DNA from: Neoechinorhynchus agilis
Lineage: Eukaryota > Animalia > Acanthocephala
Length of the DNA stretch: 64,000 nt
Direction: 5' to 3'
Assembly: GCA_051530055.1 (NCBI GenBank)
Contig: CM121342.1
Coordinates: 7,200,691-7,264,690 of the forward strand
The notes beneath the pieces were generated by a model. That model saw only the letters and a program-made list of their open reading frames with translations, was not told where the DNA came from and ran no database searches. Within the stretch, counting starts at the first letter, position 1. Every line of letters starts with the position of its first letter. Position numbers and translations under genes: made by a program. Positions 47,838-59,470 of this stretch are shown here, one piece after another.

Positions 47838-50800
47838 ATTTTATAGCGAATTTTAATAAAAAATGTATTCAAATAAACTAAGCTGTATTTTCTACAGACT
47901 CTTACGTTATGTTTGTTCGGCAGCTTCCTTGATGGCCGCGGCATTGCCGCGTTGGATCGCCGCGCTGATTCGCTGCAACAGGAAGCTGCTAGATCGCATA
48001 TCGCCGATGGCATGTTTTAGCATCCCTCCCAGTCGTGAGAGGAAATAATCGGCTTCTTTTCCGAGACATCCCAGTGTTTCCACCGCAATCGGGATGAAAA
48101 TATATTGATGCCCAACGAGCGAGTACTTCTGCCGCTTCTTTTCCTCGCTGAAGCTGGCGACTGCTCCCGCCTTTGAGGTGGCAACCTGTAAGTGGGATGC
48201 TGCGAGCGTGTTGGGGCAGGTAAAATCCCAAACAAGTATTTTCCCGGAGCACCACGGAAGGAGAGTCGCTGTCGTTCCGGGAGAGTCCAACTGGTTCGAG
48301 TCGAGCTGGAAAACCGGCCGTTGAAAGTGCTTCCCTGATTATGCGGTTGACTGCTGAGTGCCGTGCGTGGCGAGCAGTTGATCGCTTGCAGTCAAGGCCG
48401 TGAGTTCCCGATCCGTTCACGGTCTCACCGCAACGACGTGTATATGAGCCCGAGAATTCGATGCCTAACCGAAGTCCCACAGCGACGATGAAAGTGGGAC
48501 GCCGCGAGCGTGTTGGGGCAGGTAAAATCCCAAACCAGTATTTTCCCGGAGCACCACGGGAGGAGAGTCGCTGTCGTTCCGGGAGAGTCCAACTAATTCG
48601 AGTCGAGCTGGAAAACCGGCCGTTGAGAGTGCTTCCCTGATTATGCGGTTGACTGCTGAGTGCCGTGCGTGGCGAGCAGTTGAACGCTTGCAGTCAAGGC
48701 CGTGAGTTCCCGATCCGTTCACGGTCTCACCGCAACGACGTGTATATGAGCCCGAGAATTCGATGCCCAACCGAAGTCCCACAGCGACGGTGAAAGTGGG
48801 ACGCCGCGAGCGTGTTGGGGCAGGTAAAATCCCAAACCAGTATTTTCCCGGAGCACCACGGGAGGAGAGTCGCTGTCGTTCCGGGAGAGTCCAACTGGTT
48901 CGAGTCGAGCTGGAAAACCGGCCGTTGAGAGTGCTTCCCTGATTATGCGGTTGACTGCTGAGTGCCGTGCGTGGCGAGCAGTTGAACGCTTGCAGTCAAG
49001 GCCGTGAGTTCCCGATCCGTTCACGGTCTCACCGCAACGACGTGTATATGAGCCCGAGAATTCGATGCCCAACCGAAGTCCCACAGCGACGGTGAAAGTG
49101 GGACGCCGCGAGCGTGTTGGGGCAGGTAAAATCCCAAACCAGTATTTTCCCGGAGCACCACGGGAGGAGAGTCGCTGTCGTTCCGGGAGAGTCCAACTAA
49201 TTCGAGTCGAGCTGGAAAACCGGCCGTTGAGAGTGCTTCCCTGATTATGCGGTTGACTGCTGAGTGCCGTGCGTGGCGAGCATTTGAACGCTTGCAGTCA
49301 AGGCCGTGAGTTCCCGATCCGTTCACGGTCTCACCGCAACGACATGTATATGAGCCCGAGAATTCGATGCCCAACCGAAGTCCCACAGCGACGGTGAAAG
49401 TGGGACGCCGCGAGCGTGTTGGGGCAGGTAAAATCCCAAACCAGTATTTTCCCGGAGCACCACGGGAGGAGAGTCGCTGTCGTTCCGGGAGAGTCCAACT
49501 GGTTCGAGTCGAGCTGGAAAACCGGCCGTTGAGAGTGCTTCCCTGATTATGCGGTTGACTGCTGAGTGCCGTGCGTGGCGAGCAGTTGAACGCTTGCAGT
49601 CAAGGCCGTGAGTTCCCGATCCGTTCACGGTCTCACCGCAACGACGTGTATATGAGCCCGAGAATTCGATGCCCAACCGAAGTCCCACAGCGACGGTGAA
49701 AGTGGGACGCCGCGAGCGTGTTGGGGCAGGTAAAATCCCAAACCAGTATTTTCCCGGAGCACCACGGGAGGAGAGTCGCTGTCGTTCCGGGAGAGTCCAA
49801 CTGGTTCGAGTCGAGCTGGAAAACCGGCCGTTGAGAGTGCTTCCCTGATTATGCGGTTGACTGCTGAGTGCCGTGCGTGGCGAGCATTTGAACGCTTGCA
49901 GTCAAGGCCGTGAGTTCCCGATCCGTTCACGGTCTCACCGCAACGACGTGTATATGAGCCCGAGAATTCGATGCCCAACCGAAGTCCCACAGCGACGGTG
50001 AAAGTGGGACGCCGCGAGCGTGTTGGGGCAGGTAAAATCCCAAACCAGTATTTTCCCGGAGCACCACGGGAGGAGAGTCGCTGTCGTTCCGGGAGAGTCC
50101 AACTGGTTCGAGTCGAGCTGGAAAACCGGCCGTTGAGAGTGCTTCCCTGATTATGCGGTTGACTGCTGAGTGCCGTGCGTGGCGAGCAGTTGAACGCTTG
50201 CAGTCAAGGCCGTGAGTTCCCGATCCGTTCACGGTCTCACCGCAACGACGTGTATATGAGCCCGAGAATTCGATGCCCAACCGAAGTCCCACAGCGACGG
50301 TGAAAGTGGGACGCCGCGAGCGTGTTGGGGCAGGTAAAATCCCAAACCAGTATTTTCCCGGAGCACCACGGGAGGAGAGTCGCTGTCGTTCCGGGAGAGT
50401 CCAACTGGTTCGAGTCGAGCTGGAAAACCGGCCGTTGAGAGTGCTTCCCTGATTATGCGGTTGACTGCTGAGTGCCGTGCGTGGCGAGCAGTTGAACGCT
50501 TGCAGTCAAGGCCGTGAGTTCCCGATCCGTTCACGGTCTCACCGCAACGACGTGTATATGAGCCCGAGAATTCGATGCCCAACCGAAGTCCCACAGCGAC
50601 GGTGAAAGTGGGACGCCGCGAGCGTGTTGGGGCAGGTAAAATCCCAAACCAGTATTTTCCCGGAGCACCACGGGAGGAGAGTCGCTGTCGTTCCGGGAGA
50701 GTCCAACTAATTCGAGTCGAGCTGGAAAACCGGCCGTTGAGAGTGCTTCCCTGATTATGCGGTTGACTGCTGAGTGCCGTGCGTGGCGAGCATTTGAACG

Positions 50801-51321
50801 CTTGCAGTCAAGGCCGTGAGTTCCCGATCCGTTCACGGTCTCACCGCACCGACACGTATATGAGCCCGAGAATTCGATGCCCAACCGAAGTCCCACAGCG
50901 ACGGTGAAAGTGGGACGCCGCGAGCGTGTTGGGGCAGGAAATCCCAAACCAGTATTTTCCCGGAGCACCACGGGAGGAGAGTCGCTGTCGTTCCGGGAGA
51001 GTCCAACTGGTTCGAGTTGAGCTGGAAAACCGGCCGTTGAGAGTGCTTCCCTGATTATGCGGTTGACTGCTGAGTGCCGTGCGTGGCGAGCAGTTGAACG
51101 CTTGCAGTCAAGGCCGTGAGTTCCCGATCCGTTCACGGTCTCACCGCAACGACGTGTATATGAGCCCTAGAATTCGATGCCCAACCGAAGTCCCACAACG
51201 ACGGTGATGGCCTGATCATCCAGGCGCCTTCAGTGGAGCTGAGACTGCCAAGAGACGAGCTCTATCGGTGGGAGATGAGCATGAGTTGAGAAGCTGCTGA
51301 TAGGACGCAGTGTGGATTATA
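47838..51321 (-). mobile_element. 5'-truncated CRE-clade element with an internal tandem amplification and a 32-bp target-site duplication
   Basis: Minus strand ARLLAVSAP, GLRLG...CG..V...GTHGLDC...RH, LVWDFTCPNTLAASH, FIPIAVETLG, ISAAIQRGNAAAI. Flanks 47806-47837 and 51322-51353 match at 30/32. Confidence 0.88.
48190..51207. repeat. 302-bp tandem array, 10 copies, derived from the CRE zinc-knuckle/RLE region
   Basis: AAGTGGGA at 48190, 48492, ...; ORF track spacing of 302 bp. Confidence 0.98.
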
Positions 51322-51674
51322 ATAAAATTTTAGTGGAAATGCGTTTATTTTTTGTGTAATAATTGATAATTTTCGACCTTCGCTTTGGCCTTCATCAGTC
51401 TATTGTTTTTGGAGGAAAATACAAGAAATCAGTTATTATAATTCGCTATAAAGAAGTTTAAATTGCATACTTTCTTTTAGTCTTTCCGAATAACTAAACC
51501 TAATGACCGTAATTATGCGCCGAATAAAAAATATCGGACTAATCTTTACTTTTCCCCGTTTGAAATTCGGAAAAAACATCCCGAACGACAATGAATTTGA
51601 TCAACGTCGTTATCAGACACGGAAGAACAACACTGAGATTGAAATCTCGATTCTAGCGTCTCAGGAAAAAAGAA

Positions 51675-52398
51675 ATGAGTATAAAACAGCTTACCGCTAG
51701 GTCTGATGAACACTATAATCTATTCTTTTTTAAATTTAAATGTTTCGATATTAAAGTGCAATGCGGATTACGGTTGGACGATTTAAGAATGCACGGGTTC
51801 ATTCCAGAACTGATAACGCAACCTTTAAAATTCAACAAACAATCACAAATCTTCTAAGAGATGAAAGGTATTGTTTTATCGGCTTTGATTTTCTTTCAAT
51901 ATTAATAGGATCGAAGGACCACTTCATTTAATGGATATTAGTCGCCAGTACACCGAACGTCTAATTCAATTGGCTACAAAGTATCCATACGACCAATCAG
52001 TGATGGACATTATCGATTTTTGGGTTCTTGAAAAAGATCTTATTCCTAAAATATATGAAGTTCTCATTTCCAGGTTCAAGGACCGGCCAAATGGTCCATA
52101 TACAAATGTTGGCCTCCGTTCATAGGACGATCTTTCTCCGTTTGATTTCTTTTAGCAATATAGAATCAGTCGGGAGTATCCGATTGTGAACGCAAAATCG
52201 GCTAAATTCAAGGGAGTTTTGGAATTAAAGGGAAACGGTTATCCGCCATTGCCTCATCCACAATACGGCCATATTCCCGCGTGTGCTAGCAGTATACTCA
52301 CAAATGTTCTTGTTGGAGCCGCCGCGAGAAACGAACAAATCTACAAACATCAAGATAATAAATTTAGGAATATTGAAATCGTCGAACCAAGTAAATAG
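51675..52398 (+). CDS. MRPL17: Mitochondrial ribosomal protein L17 (bL17m); join(51675..51700,51757..51867,51909..52107,52156..52398), 192 aa
   Basis: Splicing three GT-AG introns (56, 41, 48 nt) gives ...ITNLLRDERIEGPLHLMDISRQYTERLIQLA...DFWVLEKDLIPKIYEVLISRFKDRPNGPYTNQYRISREYP...VLELKGNGYPPLP. This matches the MRPL17 motifs ERIE, DFWL.EKDLIPK.F.VL..RY, YTR and E.KGN..PPLP. Confidence 0.92.
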
Positions 52399-52734
52399 TT
52401 TCCTTGTTTTTCTTTGAAATTACATATCTCATTTGTACGTTTGAATGTGGACTCTAGGTAACAAAAGTTTATTGCTTAATTTTGTGCATTTGTTGATTTT
52501 TTTTCAATTTTCGCTATCACGACCATAAATTGTGCATTTCTTTTTTATAAATTTATAACTGAGCAAAGTTGTAAGACTTTCCCTACTCTAAAGTCCGCCG
52601 GACTGTTCTGGATACTAATCATTAAAATCAACGTTTTTTCAGCTTTTCCATCGAATTTTCTCGTACAATTTCAGATAAAAGATTTCCCATGAATGCAATT
52701 TTGACTTTTTTAAAAGTAATCAGGCTAAATTAAC

Positions 52735-55700
52735 CGAAATAAAATCGGAAAAGAATTATTCGCTAGGTCTTCACTCGGTATAGTTTATTAAAAAAAACGT
52801 AGTCCGAAAATCGTCGGGTTCATAACTCATCGTCATGAATCCAACGATGCTCCCAGAAGGTTTTTTGATAAATTCTTTTTTAGGGAGTGACCGGTACCTT
52901 CCTCACACATCGAAATAAAATCTTAGAGGAATTATTCACTTTATCTTCACTTGGTAAAGAGTTTATTAAAAAAACCCTTCTGTGAAAATCGTCGGGTTCA
53001 TAACTAAAAAACTGATGATGAATCCGACGAAGTTCCCAGAACGTTTTTTTGATAAATTCTTTTTTAGGGAGTGACCGGTACCTTCCTCACACATCGAAAT
53101 AAAATCTTAGAGGAATTATTCACTTTATCTTCACTTGGTAAAGAGTTTATTAAAAAAACCCTTCTGCGAAAATCGTCGGGTTCATAGTAACTAAAAAACT
53201 GATGATGAACCCGACGAGGCTCGTAGAGCGTTTTTTAATAAATTCTTTTACCGAATGACCGGTACCTTCCTCACACATCGAAATAAAATCTTAGAAGAAT
53301 TGTTCGCTAGATCTTCACTCGGTAAAGAGTTTATTAAAAAACCTTTCTGTGAAAATCATCGGGTTCATAACTAAAAAACTGATGATGAATCCGACGAAGT
53401 TCCCAGAACGTTTTTTTGATAAATTCTTTTTTAGTGAGTGACCGGTACCTTCCTCACACATCGAAATAAAATCGGAGCAGAATTGTTCGCTAGATCTTCA
53501 CTCGGTAAAGAATTTATTAAAAAACCCTTATGTGAAAATCGTCGTGTTCATATTAACTAAAAAACTGATGATCATGAACCCGACGAGGCTCGTAGAGCGT
53601 TTTTTAATAAACTCTTTTACCGAGTGACCGACACCTTCCTCACACATCGAAATAAAATCTTAGAAGAATTGTTCGCTAGATCTTCACTCGGTAAAGAGTT
53701 TATTAAAAAACCTTTCTGTGAAAATCGTCGGGTTCATAACTAAAAAACTGATGATGAATCCGACGAGGTTCGCAGAACGTTTTTTAAAACTCTTTTTAGT
53801 TAGTGACCGGTACCTTCCTCACACATCGAAATAAAATCGGAGCAGAATTATTCGCTAAGTCTTCACTCGGTAAAGAATTTATTAAAAAACCCTTTTGTGA
53901 AAATCGTCGTGTTCATATTAACTAAAAAACTGATGATCATGAACCCGACGAGGCTCGTAGAGCGTTTTTTAATAAACTCTTTTACCGAGTGACCGACACC
54001 TTCCTCACACATCGAAATAAAATCTTAGAAGAATTGTTCGCTAGATCTTCACTCGGTAAAGAGTTTATTAAAAAACCTTTCTGTGAAAATCGTCGGGTTC
54101 ATAACTAAAAAACTGATGATGAATCCGACGAAGTTCCCAGAACGTTTTTTATAAATTCTTTTAGTGAGTGACCGGTACCTCCTCACACATCGAAATAAAA
54201 TCGAAGAATTGTTCGCTAGATCTTCACTCGGTAAATTTATTAAAAAACCCTTTGTGAAAATCGTCGTGTTCATTAACTAAAAAACTGATGATCATGAACC
54301 CGACGAGGCTCGTAGAGCGTTTTTTAATAAACTCTTTTACCGAGTGACCGACACCTTCCTCACACATCGAAATAAAATCTTAGAAGAATTGTTCGCTAGA
54401 TCTTCACTCGGTAAAGAGTTTATTAAAAAACCTTTCTGTGAAAATCGTCGGGTTCATAACTAAAAAACTGATGATGAATCCGACGAGGTTCGCAGAACGT
54501 TTTTTAAAACTCTTTTTAGTTAGTGACCGGTACCTTCCTCACACATCGAAATAAAATCGGAGCAGAATTATTCGCTAAGTCTTCACTCGGTAAAGAATTT
54601 ATTAAAAAACCCTTTTGTGAAAATCGTCGTGTTCATATTAACTAAAAAACTGATGATCATGAACCCGACGAGGCTCGTAGAGCGTTTTTTAATAAACTCT
54701 TTTACCGAGTGACCGACACCTTCCTCACACATCGAAATAAAATCTTAGAAGAATTATTCGCTAGGTCTTCACTCGGTAAAGAGTTTATTAAAAAACCCTT
54801 CTGCGAAAATCGTCGTGTTCATATTAACTAAAAAACTGATGATCATGAACCCGACGAGGCTCGTAGAGCGTTTTTTAATAAACTCTTTACCGAGTGACCG
54901 ACACCTTCCTCACACATCGAAATAAAATCTTAGAAGAATTGTTCGCTAGATCTTCACTCGGTAAAGAGTTTATTAAAAAACCTTTCTGTGAAAATCGTCG
55001 GGTTCATAACTAAAAAACTGATGATGAATCCGACGAAGTTCCCAGAACGTTTTTTTGATAAATTCTTTTTTAGTGAGTGACCGGTACCTTCCTCACACAT
55101 CGAAATAAAATCGGAGCAGAATTATTCGCTAAGTCTTCACTCGGTAAAGAATTTATTAAAAAACCCTTATGTGAAAATCGTCGTGTTCATATTAACTAAA
55201 AAACTGATGATCATGAACCCGACGAGGCTCGTAGATCGTTTTTTAATAAACTCTTTTACCGAGTGACCGGTACCTTCCTCACACATCGAAATAAAATCGG
55301 AGCAGAATTATTCGCTAAGTCTTCACTCGGTAAAGAATTTATTAAAAAACCCTTATGTGAAAATCTTCGTGTTCATATTAACTAAAAAACTGATGATCAT
55401 GAACCCGACGAGGCTCGTAGAGCGTTTTTTAATAAACTCTTTTACCGAGTGACCGACACCTTCCTCACACATCGAAATAAAATCTTAGAAGAATTGTTCG
55501 CTAGATCTTCACTCGGTAAAGAGTTTATTAAAAAACCCTTCTGTGAAAATCGTCGGGTTCATAACTAAAAAACTGATGATGAATCCGACGAAGTTCCCAG
55601 AACGTTTTTTTTGATAAATTCTTTTTTAGTGAGTGACCGGTACCTTCCTCACACATCGAAATAAAATCGGAGCAGCATTATTCGCTAAGTCTTCACTCGG

Positions 55701-56225
55701 TAAAGAATTTATTAAAAAACTCTTATGTGAAAATCGTCGTGTTCATATTAACTAAAAAACTGATGATCATGAACCCGACGAGGCTCGTAGATCGTTTTTT
55801 AATAAACTCTTTTACCGAGTGACCGGTACCTTCCTCACACATCGAAATAAAATCGGAGCAGAATTATTCGCTAAGTCTTCACTCGGTAAAGAATTTATTA
55901 AAAAACCCTTATGTGAAAATCTTCGTGTTCATATTAACTAAAAAACTGATGATCATGAACCCGACGAGGCTCGTAGAGCGTTTTTTAATAAACTCTTTTA
56001 CCGAGTGACCGACACCTTCCTCACACATCGAAATGAAATCTTAGAAGAATTGTTCGCTAGATCTTCACTCGGTAAAGAGTTTATTAAAAAACCTTCTGCG
56101 AAAATCGTCGGGTTCATAGTAACTAAAAAACTGATGATGAATCCGACGAGGTTCGCAGAACGTTTTTTAAAACTCTTTTTAGTTAGTGACCGGTACCTTC
56201 CTCACACATCGAAATAAAATCGGAG
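52735..56225. repeat. ~184-bp (177-186) satellite of palindromic monomers, ~19 units
   Basis: CCTCACACATCGAAAT occurs 19 times from 52901 to 56200. Each unit holds nested inverted repeats TCACTCGGTAAAGAGTTTATTAAAAAA/TTTTTTAATAAACTCTTTTACCGAGTGA and TCGTCGGGTTCAT/ATGAACCCGACGA. Confidence 0.97.
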
Positions 56226-56354
56226 AAGTTTGTGATCTCGTTTATAAAAGTGGTAAAATTCGAATCTTGTCGTTCATTGCATGTTTTGTGACAACCCTTA
56301 AAAATGCTCAACTTAGAAATACTGGCTAAATTTTTCTATCATTATTATTTATAG

Positions 56355-56909
56355 ATGGCTAAAAACGGTGAGATGAAGCGCCGACTAAGACCGGATGACG
56401 GGCGGATAGTAAAGAAAAAAGCAAAGAAGATTTCAAAAGAAGAGATCATAGAAGCTCCTCAAATATCATCTGCGATGTTTTTCAAATTTAATAGTCAACT
56501 CGGACCACCATATCACCTTCTTCTAGACACAAACTTCATAAATTTCTCAATCCGGAACAAACTCGACATTATAAATGCCGCAATGGATTGCTTGTACGCA
56601 AAATGCACTTGTTATGTGACTGACTGTGTAATGGGCGAACTCGAAACTCTAGGTCGAAAGTACAGAATGGCTTTAAAGGTGGCAAAAGACGAGCGATTTG
56701 AGAGATTAACTTGTTCTCACAAAGGAATATACGCCGATGATTGCATAGTTCAAAGACTAAACGAACATAAATGTTTCATTGCATGTACCTGTGATCGAGA
56801 TTTGAGGCGAAGAATAAGAAAAATTCCCGGAGTTCCTCTAATGTATATCAAGCAAAAGAAATTCACTGTCGAGAGAATGCCTGATGCTTTTGGTGCTCCG
56901 AGAATCTAA
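56355..56909 (+). CDS. FCF1: rRNA-processing protein FCF1 (PIN domain, SSU processome), 184 aa
   Basis: [56 protein letters not shown] and [11 protein letters not shown] match FCF1/UTP24. Confidence 0.97.
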   Translation: MAKNGEMKRRLRPDDGRIVKKKAKKISKEEIIEAPQISSAMFFKFNSQLGPPYHLLLDTNFINFSIRNKLDIINAAMDCLYAKCTCYVTDCVMGELETLGRKYRMALKVAKDERFERLTCSHKGIYADDCIVQRLNEHKCFIACTCDRDLRRRIRKIPGVPLMYIKQKKFTVERMPDAFGAPRI

Positions 56910-57345
56910 AAAAATCCGGAATTTGTTCTTTCAATAAAATGCGCCTTGTTCTACGGATGTTTTCTTCAACGTCTAAATGAGTTTTTTTAGTATTTCTCAC
57001 CTTAATGACATTTGTAGTTTGAAGGAAAAATTTTGCTTAGGTTTCTAATCTTCGTCCAATTCATTTTTAGCCTAAAAATCGCGCTGTTTGAAAAAAGGAT
57101 TTTATTATTTGTTGCCCATGAATGTAATGTGTTAATTTTGCGAACAATAAAGTTGATCCCTACAAGAGATTTGTCATGGAGAAAATGATTGATTTATAAA
57201 ATATAAGAAGATTTTTTATTGAGGGGACGTATTAGCGTATCCAAATCCACATTTTTAGGCACAAAGCCAAACCAATTACATCAGAGAAGTGATATAACCA
57301 CATAGTCTCTAATGTCGGTTAACAGTTTGTACATTCCTCCGGATC

Positions 57346-57409
57346 CTCAGATACCTCCAGGAGGCGGGACTCATGAGTGAGTTTCCTCCCTTCAGCGGTA
57401 TTTCGTCCC
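57346..57409 (-). ncRNA. Rearranged hammerhead-like motif in the LTR (G5 to C core change)
   Basis: GGGAC-GAAA-TACCGC-TGAAGGGAGGAAA-CTCA-CTCATGA-GTCCC-GCCTCCTGGA-GGTAT-C-TGAG on the minus strand. Confidence 0.5.
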
Positions 57410-57436
57410 CTTTGGCTGTGCGTCATTGGTGGTAAC

Positions 57437-57491
57437 GGATTCGAACCACTTGACCCCTAATCGGGATCATGGGCATTAGTCCACTTGACCA
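57437..57491 (-). promoter_or_regulatory. tRNA-like Pol III box A / box B within the LTR
   Basis: TGGTCAAGTGG (57491-57481) and GGTTCGAATCC (57447-57437). Equivalents TGGCCTATTGG/GGTTCGGATCC at 13892-13902 and 13937-13947. Confidence 0.5.
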
Positions 57492-57890
57492 CCTCGACAC
57501 AACTACGAAATGTCAAACTCAGCCAGTTTATCGACTCAGGGTGAGCGCTGAACTTAAAATAAGGCACTTATATCAACCACACCCATGGGGTCCAGTGGCC
57601 GTGTGGTGTGCGAATGTCGATGGTTCAACGCCACCGGTCGCTGGGTTCCACGGTTGTGCGAGGCTGCTGGAAGGGGGTGGGGTCAGGTTTTGAGATCGCC
57701 CATCGGCCCCAAAGGGGGCTGGCCATGTTCCTTCGAGTGCGACTAAGCGCCTCCGTTGTGTGCAAGTCAGCCGAAAGGTTCCCAAAAAAGGAATATAGTG
57801 GTGGGGCCCAAAAAGAAGATGTCACAAACTAACAAGTGTATGAGGCCTTGATAATAAATAACAACCACACACAATGTGACGTATGTCACA

Positions 57891-57905
57891 TTCCTCCCTT
57901 TCCCT
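57891..57905 (-). other. Polypurine tract
   Basis: AGGGAAAGGGAGGAA immediately 5' of the LTR TG. Confidence 0.85.
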
Positions 57906-58580
57906 ATTGTTTTTAAAGTTAATTATGAAATCCTGAAATCTTTTCGGTTAGTCTACGAACTCTTTGACTGCGAGCGTTGTTCCCTGTCGTTGTTGTTTGA
58001 TTCGTCTCGTCTTTTTCTCTCTGATTGTTAGAATGGTCAACTGATGGTCACTATGAGCCTTTACGATGACAGAGTTATTTCGGACTCTGTACGATGACCA
58101 GTTTGATCTATGCAACACTCGTGCCTTAGTCCATTTTGCTGTATCATTTCGTTTTAGCCATACCTCCCCATTCGGAAAAAAATCTCTGGGCTTGGCTGTT
58201 ACATTATGTCGCGTTTTTTTACTGTTTTCGATACATTGTTGATTTACATGTTGGTTTCAATCGATCCAACATTGTTGGCAGCCTCCTTCCATACAGCATA
58301 ACCGCCGGGGATTTGCCTGTTGTGCTGTGCGGCGTGTTTCTGTATGATAAGAGAAATTGTTGTACCCTCAACGATCGATCCTGCGGATGCGTTACTTTGA
58401 TCGCTCTATCTTTAAGTGTTCGTACAAATCTTTCAGCCAATCCATTTGACCGAGGGTGATAGGGTGTGATGCGGTTGTGCCGTATTCCGTTGGTTTTTAA
58501 AAACGACTGGAATTGATTTGACGTGAATGGCGGACCATTATCAGAAACCAGCTCCTCTGGTACGCCCAATCGCGCTTATC
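57906..58580 (-). mobile_element. Ty3/Gypsy integrase C-terminal fragment, decayed
   Basis: GVPEELVSDNGPPFTS...GIRHNRITPYHPRSNGLAERFVRTLK...FLLSYRNTPHSTTGKSPAVMLYGRRL. Confidence 0.92.
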
Positions 58581-58599
58581 ACACATTCGGCCTTGGTGC

Positions 58600-59160
58600 G
58601 CTGCAGCATGATTACCTCTGCCTGCAATTTTTCTTCTAAACTATTTTAAAAACTTAATACATTTAACAAGAGAACTGCGCTCCATCTTAGAACTCGTGAC
58701 CTTAGAAAAAACTTAAACAATCTTTCAAAGTACTCAATTCGCCTTCATTCTCTTCCTCCTCTTCAATCTCTACCGCACACATTTCTCCTTTTACTCACAC
58801 TTACAACACTCGCGTGGTCCCAACATTTTCCATCCTTCAGTTCCTCGCACAAATCTCTACTTCCGATCTTTCTTCTCCACTGCTCAATCCTCCAAATGCG
58901 AATTGATTCGGAGGAAAGAGCGGAAAACAACAACTACAAATTAACCAACCAAAATCAAATAAATCTCCCACAAACAATAATCACCAATTCCCACCCGAAC
59001 GAACACCCCCGACGGAATATTCCCACCCGACCGAACCCGCAATCGTCTTCAAAATAAACAATCGCATTCGTTTTACAAATCGGGGCTCGAGTGCTCATGA
59101 GGAGGACCCAGAAGTACATGGTTTCTCTGTTAGTAACAATAAAATGTGTTGTTATTATTA
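58600..59160 (+). mobile_element. L2/CR1-group LINE 3' end, third copy
   Basis: CACCAATTCCCACCCGAACG, CTCGAGTG, GGACCC..GTACATGG and AATAAAATGTGTTGTTATTATT are shared with 22980-23165. Confidence 0.55.
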
Positions 59161-59243
59161 TAATTTGATTCTTGAATGTATAACCTAAACTAATTGGCGT
59201 TCTTTGACCAAATGACCTCAAATTAAAAAATAATTAAAAGTGG

Positions 59244-59470
59244 CAGAGTTTGTACATTCCGTAGTTGCATCGAAGTGATAAAGTGGACTAGAGCTCCTGA
59301 TCCCAGTTTGGGTCAAAGGGTTTAAATCCACGATCGCCTATGACTTACAACCAAAGGGGACGAAATACCGCTGAAAGGAGGAAACTCCCCTCCTGAAAGT
59401 ATCTGAAGATCCGGAGGGGTGAGTACAAAGCTCATAACCGTATGGTTCGTGGTATTAAGAGTGATTTTAT
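59244..59470 (+). mobile_element. LTR-related copy of the module with the CTGATGA strand deleted
   Basis: TGGCAGAGTTTG...AAGTGGACTA...GGGTCAAAGGGTTTAAATCC...GGGGACGAAATACCGCTGAAAGGAGGAAACTC^CCCTCCTGAAAGTATCTGAAGATCCGG. Confidence 0.75.

Larger units (their letters stand above)
57172..57890 (-). mobile_element. 3' LTR (~719 bp) of a Ty3/Gypsy element
   Basis: On the minus strand it starts TGTGAC directly after the polypurine tract and ends ATGACA. It contains GATATAAG (~57570) and AATAAA (57215-57220). Confidence 0.75.

Noticed and set aside
48465-51136. Repeated 121-aa ORFs as a gene cluster
   Set aside because: They are frameshifted CRE fragments lacking the catalytic motif; the unit length is not a multiple of 3.
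52735-56225. CTGATGA...GACGAA in the 184-bp unit as a hammerhead or C/D-box snoRNA array
   Set aside because: No stem II can form, half the units read GACGAGG, and the motif is part of the palindrome arm and loop. There is no C/D terminal stem.
57425-57500. Functional tRNA gene (also at 13885-13957)
   Set aside because: Boxes A/B and a T-arm are present, but the acceptor and anticodon stems do not pair.
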